Source: Gammaproteobacteria bacterium (GTDB taxonomy: Bacteria; Pseudomonadota; Gammaproteobacteria; CAJXQU01). Taken from it: 64,000 nucleotides of DNA. Below, piece by piece: positions 45,643-54,532 of this stretch. The translations under genes and the position numbers were made by a program. Every line of letters starts with the position of its first letter. The first letter of the stretch is position 1. Below the pieces are notes generated by a model. The model worked only from the letters and a program-made list of their open reading frames with translations, searched no databases and was not told the origin of the DNA. The stretch lies in NCBI GenBank assembly GCA_965238175.1, contig CBDEGZ010000003.1, positions 2,816,001 to 2,880,000 of the forward strand, written 5' to 3'.

Positions 45643-46203
45643 TCAGTAACCATTGTTTTTATCATTAATTGTTAAATATTTTACTGGAACACTATCAGTA
45701 AGCCAGATCTCATTTTCAGATTTGAAAAATTCAAAGCCATCCTTGTCCATTTCTTTAGCAAATATTTTAAGAACGATTGGTTTGCCGTGCCGTTGTCCAA
45801 CTTTAATTGCAGTATCAATATCCTTGCTTAAATGGACATGATGTCTTTTTCTTCTCTCCAGTCCAACTTTGAAGATGTTATCAATATTTTTTTGGGCTGT
45901 ACCGTGAAACAAAACTTCAGGAGGTGTTTTTGGAGTATAGCCTAAATCCAAATTTATTGAGTGTCCCTGATTGGCTCTTATTTTTGATTTGTCTTCATTA
46001 AAGCTAAATCGTTTTTTACTGTTTGTGTCTACAATTATAGTCAAGGTTTCAATATCAATTGCCTTTCCATAATCATTCATTTTTTCAATAAGCATTTTTG
46101 TGTCCGTCCAACCACTATCAGAAAGTTTGATTTCGATAGTCTCAGGCTTATGTCTAAGAACTAAACTTAGAAACTTACTCAGTCTGGTATATCTTTGAGT
46201 TAA
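45643..46203 (-). CDS. kptA: RNA 2'-phosphotransferase (Tpt1/KptA); native start codon apparently lost
   Basis: In-frame upstream SKFLSLVLRHKPE; IRANQGHS, LFHGT, RHHVHLS motifs; in-frame stop just upstream. Confidence 0.85.
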   Translation of the reverse strand, partial: LTQRYTRLSKFLSLVLRHKPETIEIKLSDSGWTDTKMLIEKMNDYGKAIDIETLTIIVDTNSKKRFSFNEDKSKIRANQGHSINLDLGYTPKTPPEVLFHGTAQKNIDNIFKVGLERRKRHHVHLSKDIDTAIKVGQRHGKPIVLKIFAKEMDKDGFEFFKSENEIWLTDSVPVKYLTINDKNNGY

Positions 46204-46206
46204 TCA

Positions 46207-46680
46207 CTATTCGTAAATTCTTCCATTTTCCAATAATTCACCAAAGAAATGACTAATCTAATGAGTTAAAATCGGTTTCATTGTCTTTCATGCATCTTGC
46301 TCCACATTCCAAATTTCCAAAAGGGATCAAAGTTGTACCAATAATTTTCTGTTTCCGATTGGACACCAAAATATCGATATCCATTTTTCAACTGTTTGTC
46401 TTTCATTCGATAAAGTTCCGCGATTTGAAATTTTAAAACTTCAATCGTAAAGTCATAAGGATTTAATTCAGATACATTGATTTTATCAATGGTTTGTCTA
46501 ATCACTCGATTTGTAAATTTTTTACTCATTAGATTTTTGTCAGGTGCAATTTTACATTCTAACCATTCCCTTTGAAATTCAATTGATTCACTCACAAATG
46601 CGTTTTTAATTATCTCCATAATAAAGCTACAGGTTAACTCCTTCGCCTTATTCTGTTCAACTGTTTTATATAGTACCAAT
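46207..46680 (-). pseudogene. frameshifted hypothetical gene truncated by IS4
   Basis: ...WYNFDPF//GNLECGARCMKD...LGELLENGRIYE*; 5' end cut at the IS4 terminus. Confidence 0.55.
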
Positions 46681-47800
46681 CACTGCTGTCCCGTTAACTT
46701 TCAAACCAATACCAATTGCTGAACTGTATTTATCTCATCGGGTAACGGGTCGTCTTGCAACAACGCTAACAACGACCGTTTATCAAAGAGATTACGTTGC
46801 AATACACGTAAGATTTGTTGCATGCTCTTCTTGAGTCTGGACTGAAATTTGATGAATACCATCAGTAAGTAAATGCACATTGCTATCCATACCTGTGTCA
46901 TCACCGCATTCTTACTTGTGCCGATGAATGATTTGATTTTAAGGTTTTGTTTTATCCATTTAAAAAATAATTACACTTGCCAACGTGCTTTATAAATATC
47001 AGCAATCGTTTTCGCTGCAAGTGTAAAATTATTGGTGAGAAACACATCGTGTTTCCCTGTTTTCGGGTCACGATAACCAATACGACGTAACTGAGCAGGG
47101 CATTTTTTTGCGGTTTGGAACCCGGTGAATTCAATGGTTTGGTCACACGTCAGTCCTTTGCTTTTCAAAACATCGCTCCGACCTATCACACGATATTTAG
47201 CATGCGTTTTGAGGCGCGTTACAAAGAATATCCCCTTGTCTGTCAATTGCTTATACCAGGCATCGTCATTGTACGCTCTATCAATAGCGACAATACTTCC
47301 CTTGGGAAAAGACAGTGTGCGACCCACCGTCACGTCATGTGTTTTCCCTTCCGTTACCGGGACAAACTCGGGTAAATAACCTGAATGGTTCAATTCAACA
47401 TGCAGCTTTATCGCGCCTTTCGTTGTACGAAAGTCAGCCCACGGGAAAACGGATAAACACAGGTCAATCGTAGAGGCATCCAATGAATACAATGTGTTTT
47501 TAAAACGGAAAGATTGTCCTGGCGTTAACCCCTGACAACGTGCTAACAATTTACCAAACAAGGCCTCATAAAGTGTGTAAGGTTTATCTTCATTGATACG
47601 GGACAAATTGGAGCGAGATAATTTTACACTACCCAAATGATACAGACGATGCGCTTGAGCTGACAGGTTCTCGACAATATCTCGCAAGCTGTTTCGAACC
47701 GACAATTGTGCCATTGCCAGTGTCACAAACTGAGACCAACGTGAAGCTGTTCGAAACGAACGACCACGGTGATGCTGATTTGCCAAGGGCTCAAACTCAT
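46681..47800 (-). mobile_element. IS4-family element, 5'-truncated with an internal stop
   Basis: SLRD, LDASTIDLC, AIKLH, YKARWQV*LFFKWIKQNL; right end ACGGGACAGCAGTG at 46681. Confidence 0.88.
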
Positions 47801-48389
47801 ATAAAGAGCTATTTGTAAAAGATCCCCCGTTTGGAAAACCTATTTCTACTCCCCAAACGGAGCTTTAAACTACGGTGATTTGTTCGAATTGTATGCCAAG
47901 CACCCGAACTTGAATTCATAGGATGTAAGAAAAAATCAGAAGCAGGATAGACCTTACGAAGTGCTACATACAAGGTTTCAGGTAAAGATGTGGTTAAAAT
48001 ATGGAATGGATGAATTCAGGTTTGTTTGTTGTGGTTGGAAACCAGAAAATGCTAAGAACGATAGTATTTATTCTGATGATTTGAAAACAATCAATCCCAA
48101 TTTATGAATTGTCCGTTTCAATGTAGGGTGCAATGAATTTTGATAATCAAGAAAGGGACTCCTTGCCGGAGTTTCATAGATCCAAGGGTGAGTTTTATGT
48201 GATCGTAAAAATACTAGATATATAAAAAACGACATACAGCAACGAATAAAGTCGCGCTGCTTTCTAGCAAGTGCTTCTTAACATTAAAAAACAGACTCTA
48301 TCAACGCTTATCGAATAAATTAATAATAGAATCATTAAGTGATGTATCCATTAAAAACAACTCAAAAAACGAACGCTATACCATTAGAA

Positions 48390-48720
48390 TAAAAGAAACT
48401 ATTAACATAGAAGAAAGGAAATTTATTTGGATGGCTTATCTGAACTTTATCTTGATACTGAACTTCAGGAATCATACTTTAAGCATTTTGCTTTTAAAAT
48501 AATTGGAAGCTCTTACATTTTAACTGAAGTGAAAGAAATTAATAGGCATAAAGTCTTTGCTATTCTCCAAGCAAATTTAATGAGCGTAGCAGGTGAATAG
48601 ACAGGAGTTGATGAAAAATGGCTGGTTAAAAATATAATCGACTCATTTGAAAAACGAAATATCTTATTTGATGTATAAGTCGATATTTGAGGATTATTTG
48701 GAGGAAAGGTCAGGAAAGGC
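48390..48720 (+). pseudogene. degraded conserved hypothetical gene
   Basis: LSELYLDTEL...NLMSVAGE*TGVDEKWL with a frameshift and a stop. Confidence 0.45.
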
Positions 48721-48929
48721 ACCACAGGCTATTATACTTATACCTTACCCTCCTTCCATAATTAATAGATTCCATATCTAAAATTTTGATAATTTAATTT
48801 TTAGAGACTATTCAAGATAACGCAACTTAAAGTATTATCTAAAGATGAGAAGAGTCGATTAATTGAGTTATTTATTGCAGACTTAACCGCTCGAATAGCT
48901 GCCTCATTAGTCGATGTGAATGTATTAGA

Positions 48930-49109
48930 TAGCGAATTCAAGACAATAAGTTAGATGAAAACACGGTGACTGTTTTGTCCAGTGGACTTCTTTTAGTCGC
49001 TATCAAAGCGGAGTTGCGTAGCAATAGCGGGCTATTGAAAACGACTCAACGCACAGAGGCGCTAAAAGAAGTCTGCTGGATGGGTATTTCTTATCCCGAG
49101 TTCAGGTTA
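48930..49109. mobile_element. hairpin MITE with IS982-like terminal repeat
   Basis: Internal IR CCAGTGGACTTCTTTTAG / CTAAAAGAAGTCTGCTGG; right end TTATCCCGAGTTCAGGTTA; left end degenerate. Confidence 0.6.
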
Positions 49110-49131
49110 TTTAGTTAACAGAGTATTCTAG

Positions 49132-49749
49132 ATGTATGGCAGCTTAAAAGCTAATCATGGGGTCAAACCATTGGGAAACAAAAATACAGACGCTGTCATT
49201 TTTCTGCTTATGCAAGAGGCTGATGCGGCATTTTTCATACAAAAGTTACAAGAACATGCACCGTTTACGGCTTTAGAACATATAGTGTCCATTCAAGCTC
49301 TTGAACAACGCATCGAACACTATACCAATACAACGACATGCCCAGCACGTATTATCTCATTCTGTTCACCCCTCATTGTACCGCAAACCATTTTAGAGCG
49401 ACTACAGTTTAATGCCTATAATTTCCATCCCGGCCCGCCAGAGCGCCCTGGCTTTCACCCAACAGAATTTGCTATTCATGAAAAAGCTGAAAAATTCGGT
49501 ATCACTTTTCATCAGATGTATGCAAAGGTCGACTCAGGGCCAATCATTGATGTGCTACGTTTTCCTATCACGCCAGAAATGAACGTTGAGACACTTGAGG
49601 CTGAATGCTATAAAGCTCTTTTAAGTATTATAGTAAATCGAGCTGCTGAACTTGCCAACGTCAGCTTTCATTTTGAACCAATGCGTGAAGATTGGTCGGG
49701 CATAAAAACAACCCGCAAAGATCTCGAACGAATATATAAATATGGGTAG
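49132..49749 (+). CDS. formyltransferase-family protein
   Basis: AYNFHPGP, GITFHQM..KVDSGPII. Confidence 0.8.
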   Translation: MYGSLKANHGVKPLGNKNTDAVIFLLMQEADAAFFIQKLQEHAPFTALEHIVSIQALEQRIEHYTNTTTCPARIISFCSPLIVPQTILERLQFNAYNFHPGPPERPGFHPTEFAIHEKAEKFGITFHQMYAKVDSGPIIDVLRFPITPEMNVETLEAECYKALLSIIVNRAAELANVSFHFEPMREDWSGIKTTRKDLERIYKYG

Positions 49750-49989
49750 AGCTTATGATTAGAAAATAAATAGTCAGAGCCTGAGGGATCCCATGAAATT
49801 GGTATAAATAATCAAGCATACAACGGCTCTCTCATGGGTTGTTATATGTGCTCAGAGGCTCTTGTCCAATCTTTCTCTTTGAGTTTTAACGTTCTATCTT
49901 TGAAACGCTCTCAATTTTCACCGAGGAAATATTTCCTAATTTATAATGTCGTCTTTTTTGATTGTAAAACGGGCTCTATGTAATTAACC

Positions 49990-51334
49990 TGATGTGATGG
50001 TCTCCTCCCCCTAACGGCATCTAGGTGCCATGATTGAACTGACATACACACAATCAAAAGAGGAGAAGACCAAAATGAAGACTACAACAATCGGGTTAGA
50101 CATAGCAAAAAACGTATTTCATGCTGTCTGCTGTAATCAACAAGGGCGTATAATCAAAAAGAAAATGTTAAAGCGAGCGCAGGTACTCTCCTTTTTTCAA
50201 TCTCAACCTCCTTGTTTAGTCGCAATAGAATCTTGTGCAACGTCACAGTATTGGGCCCGAGCGATACAACAACAGGGACATCAGGTGAAATTACTACCAC
50301 CTCAGCATGTTAACGCATTTCTAATCGGCAATAAGAATGATTATAACGATGCCTTGGCCATCGCCGTTGCTGCGAAACAACCTCATTTAAAAAGTGTGGG
50401 CATTAAATCAGTTGAGCAACAAGACAACCAGGCACAACATAAAGCAAGAGACTTAGCGGTCAGACAAAGAACCGCATTATGTAACCAAATGAGAGCGCTT
50501 GTTGCAGAATATGGCATTAGCCTTCGTCCCGGCCTAAATACCCTACGTCAATCTATCCCGTTGCTATTAAGTGATGAGAACGAACGGTTGTCCGTTACTT
50601 TCAAAAGGATACTGCGCCAGCTAAAGGAACAATGGCAATCACTTGATGCCTGTATTGCGACATTTGACCAATTGATCATTCAATCGGCAAAAAACAATGC
50701 GATTTGCCAACGCTTACAAACTATTCCAGGGTTTGGGCCGATGGTCTCGAGCGCGTATTTTAATGAAGTGGGAAACGGCGCTCATTATCACAAAGGGCGC
50801 GATGTGTCCGCCTCATTAGGACTTGTTCCACGACAGTACAGTAGTGGTGGTAAAGAGGTGCTACTGGGGATCAGTAAACGCGGCAATAAATACCTTCGTT
50901 GTTTGTTAATTCTAGGCGCGAAGGCCGTGGTATCAAGAGCCAAAACGAAAGGCGATAAACTGAGTCAATGGATTAATCGTTTAGTTGAGACGCGGGGGCA
51001 TAATCGAGCGTGTGTGGCGTATGCCAACAAAATGGCAAGAATGGCCTGGGCTATAACGGTTTCTGGTGATGACTACTCACCGGCCTAAATAGAGAGAACA
51101 AATCATTTCAACGAATTGCGAAGGTAAAACTAAAGATGGCATAACAGGTCAAACCAGCCTATTGAAAACCTGTCGAGCTCAGGGGTAACTAATACCGATA
51201 ACCTGATAAGGAAAATAGGCGCGTAATACATCCAGGTCAGAAGTTGAAAACTTCATTGAAGGCCGTATATATGACAGCAATCCTGTCCCTGTTATCTGAA
51301 TGTTTTATCTTGCAATACGGGAGGAGACCATATA
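49990..51334 (+). mobile_element. IS110-family, IS1111-type element (transposase 50075-51088)
   Basis: IGLDIAK..F, KNDYNDA, LGLVPRQYSSGG, RGNKYLR; sub-terminal IRs ATGGTCTCCTCCC (49997-50009) / GGGAGGAGACCAT (51319-51331); long 3' non-coding region. Confidence 0.93.
51120..51300 (+). ncRNA. putative bridge/seek RNA of the IS1111-type element
   Basis: Stem GCCTATT/AATAGGC encloses CGAGCTCAGG and TAACCTGA (target matches); a second loop holds ACATC and ATATATGA (donor-junction matches); boundaries approximate. Confidence 0.7.
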
Positions 51335-51339
51335 TGAAC

Positions 51340-52565
51340 TGTAGAAGTTTAGACCCAATCTGACACATCACTAAATCAAGCGGAGCGTAGCGACGCTTGA
51401 TTTAGTGAGAGTTACCCGCTTTGATGTAACTGCAACGTAAACATCAAAACACAAAGAGGTAACTCTCATGATTCATACTAATGACAAAGTTATAAAACAT
51501 AAAGTTGGTCTACTCAATCTCGCTGAAGAACTCGGCAATGTCTCAAAAGCCTGCAAGATGATGGGTTTGTCCAGAGATACATTTTATCGCTACAAAGAAG
51601 CGGCTGATGAAGGCGGTGTAGAAGCCTTGTTTGATCGTAATCGGCGTACCCCAAATCTTAAAAACAGAATCGACCCGGCTATTGAAACCGTTGTGCTCGA
51701 GTATGCACTGGAAGAGCCCGCACATGGTCAAACGCGCACCAGTAACGAGCTGCGCAAACGGGGAACATTTGTCTCACCCAGTGGCGTTCGTTGTATCTGG
51801 CTTCGTCATGGTCTTGCTTGCTTTAAAGATCGCCTGAAGGCATTGTCTGATAAGGTAGCTGGTGAAGGCTTGATCCTCACTGAGTCTCAAGTCGCGGCGA
51901 TGGAACGCAAAAAAGACGACGATGAGGCTTGTGGCGAGATAGAAACGGCACACCCTGGTTATCTTGGCTCGCAAGATACTTACTATGTCGGTACTTTCAA
52001 AGGCATTGGTCGGGTTTATCAACAAACGTTTGTTGATACTTACAGCAAGGTCGCTCACGCGAAACTGTACCCGACTAAAACACCGATTACGGCAGCTGAC
52101 ATGCTCAATGACCGCGTCCTCCCATTCTACGAAGAACAACGTTTGCCTATGTTGCGCATTTTGACAGATAGAGGGACGGAGTATTGTGGGCGAGCTGACC
52201 AGCATGATTATCAGCTTTATATGGCGTTGAACAATATCGAACACACCAAAACCAAGGTCAAATCACCTCAGACGAATGGTATTTGTGAGCGATTCCATAA
52301 GACGATCCTCAATGAGTTTTATCAAGTCGCTTTGCGTAAGAAAATTTACCAATCGATTGATGAACTGCAACTCGACCTTGACGAATGGTTGCTCAAATAC
52401 AATACTCAACGAACTCACCAAGGCAAAATGTGCTGCGGGAGGACGCCGATGGAAACACTCATCGACGGACAAGCTATCTGGAAGGAAAAGTTTTTGAACT
52501 AAACTTAACCTGACAGTCAGTTACAGAAAAAGGGGTAACTGTCAGATCAAGTCTGAATTTCTACA
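51340..52565 (+). mobile_element. IS481-family element, copy 2 (transposase 51468-52502)
   Basis: 1226 bp; flanks TATGAAC / CATAAGT are not duplicated. Confidence 0.95.
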
Positions 52566-53439
52566 CATAAGTCACTGCTTCAAGAATCGACAGACCTTGA
52601 AAATCATGTAATGCACTAGAGACAGCCACATCTGAGTTGATCATAATTGATCTATATTCATCTTCGTCCTCAACATATCCCCAATTTAAAATATGATCCG
52701 ATAACGGCACTTTCATTTGATCAAAAACAACCGGCATTTGACGAAACTGCTGTCCAAGCATATTCAATTTAAAATCAACTTTACGTTCTTTAAGCTTAAC
52801 TAAAGCTTGCAAAAAACGTTCAGGTGCTTTGTCATATTCCCAACGATGATTCCACAAAATGGTGAGTGATGATGGCCTCTTTTTAGAATACTTATTTTCG
52901 TTTGGACTATTTATTGGTTTATTCAAAGGCACGGAAAGCACGATCGACTTTTGAGATATTTGATCAACAATTCCGACAGGAACACCGTCTGGCATTTTTT
53001 CTAAAAACAAAGTAGAACCTTGAAGAAAAGTTTGCCGATTATAATCTGAGTTAAACACCAATCTATCGGCTGCTAATGCTGAATAAAGCGTCACCATTTT
53101 TGCTTCTACATTAAGCTGTTTATGATCACCTTCAGGATACGTAAATTGATTTTCATGAAAATAAACAATGGATGGAATTTGCGCTAGCGAAGGAACCAAA
53201 CCACGCAAAGTTGCAAAATCCGTCATCGATGTCGCAATAACCAGATCATAAGATTGACTTAAGATCGCCTGCTCAGAAAATGCCCAGGTTAAACTATTGC
53301 CACGGATCCGCCATCTGAAATAGCGAGCGGGTAGCGTTAAGATTGTCCAATCGTGTTCTGGAAAGTTTGCTACCAACCCCTCCCGCCAATAGCGATGACT
53401 GATCGCATCATAAGCAGAAAGTAGTAGAATTTTTTTCAC
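52566..53439 (-). pseudogene. DUF3524/GT4-type glycosyltransferase truncated by IS481
   Basis: SHRYW, LPARYFRWRIRG, YFHENQF.YP, ILWNHRWEYDK, S.ALHDFQGLSILEAV, then the IS end; missing C-terminus is not on the other side of the IS. Confidence 0.8.
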
Positions 53440-53650
53440 AATTTATTAACCTGGGGCTGGAAAAAGTTCGTCTCAAATTGACTACATAAAACATGAGGTT
53501 TATAGACTTCGACAATAAGATCCTTCCAACTATCGCTGTCAGAATACATAGAACTTCATCCTGAGCTGCACGAAAGATCTCACTGTCGAAGCCACGGAAT
53601 TAATTGTTGACTCTCTATCCCAATGGAGCAAACCATCCTCTCAAATTAAA

Positions 53651-53986
53651 TCAGTGCAACGAGTCCGGTACTTCAACTTCCTGAACTAACACCCAAGGAG
53701 CGACAACCGTCGCCCAAAATAAAGGATCTTCCTCGTTCCAACGACGTGCATCCTCTTCCATCACCCGCTCCACCTCACCACTGGTTAACCATCGCTCAAC
53801 AGACTCCTTGTTATCTTCCGCAAAAGACATCGCCACTTCAACTAAATCAAGCCCCTGCTCAACCTTGATAAGCACACCGCGTGCATAATGCCGCTCTAAC
53901 TCCTTCCAGACAACCTTACCTGTCTCGGCATTTAGTTTGTCTTTCATGTCTATTTCTGGGTCTACTTGTTGATTTTGATCTGTCAT
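53651..53986 (-). CDS. DUF2288 family protein
   Basis: KLNAET..V.WKELER.YARG...LDLVEVA...WATVVAPWVLVQ. Confidence 0.85.
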   Translation of the reverse strand: MTDQNQQVDPEIDMKDKLNAETGKVVWKELERHYARGVLIKVEQGLDLVEVAMSFAEDNKESVERWLTSGEVERVMEEDARRWNEEDPLFWATVVAPWVLVQEVEVPDSLH

Positions 53987-54220
53987 AACAATCTCGGTGG
54001 TTATACTATTGATAGATCATAACATTCTGAAGGTAGCGTGGATCATTACTGTCAGATCTCTTGATGCGGCACATCGGGGTTTTCTGATTAGCACAAAATA
54101 AAACCACCAGTGATTAAGCTGGGTCTTTCGGCTGCTTTCGGACGATAAGGTTAAAATAAACTTCAGAGACTGCACAGGAGTCTATCTTAGTGTGCATCAT
54201 GAGATGAAATTCATGATTAT

Positions 54221-54236
54221 TGTGATAAAAATCACA
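54221..54236. promoter_or_regulatory. CRP-type binding site
   Basis: TGTGA-TAAAAA-TCACA, a perfect TGTGA-N6-TCACA. Confidence 0.5.
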
Positions 54237-54389
54237 TTCCAATCATAATAATTTTGGTATAAATAAACCTTAGGAAAAAGACTCACTAGTTAACTTATAA
54301 AAACAAAAATTTAAAAAAATAATTATGAAAAAACCAGATACATCTATACAAATGAATATTTCATGAAGGGACTAAAATTTTAGCTGGCC

Positions 54390-54501
54390 AAAAAGTAATA
54401 AGCCCCCACGAAGAGGGCTTTGGTCGCATAGAAGCGTTGCCTACGAAAAATTCATTTCATTGGTATGAAAAGACAATCAATAGACCTTAGTCGGTTACAC
54501 T
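54390..54501 (-). ncRNA. tracrRNA
   Basis: Minus strand begins AGTGTAACCGACTAAGGTCTA (20/21 to the repeat), then TTCATACC, hairpin ATGAAA/TTTCGT and terminator-like AAGCCCTC-TTCG-TGGGGGCTT...TTTTT; divergent from cas9. Confidence 0.75.
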
Positions 54502-54532
54502 AAGGCTAACATTATACATGAGGAGATCAGCA

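Noticed and set aside
27600-49000. Complete integron or intact prophage
   Set aside because: No integrase, attI or phage structural genes are visible in the window.
35039-52565. Simple inversion between oppositely oriented IS481 copies 1 and 2
   Set aside because: Swapped flanks should match, but TTTAATT/CATAAGT and TATGAAC/ACTAAAC do not.
54481-54501. Orphan CRISPR repeat or second array upstream of cas9
   Set aside because: Only 21 bp, no spacer periodicity, and followed by tracr-like hairpins; better explained as the anti-repeat.
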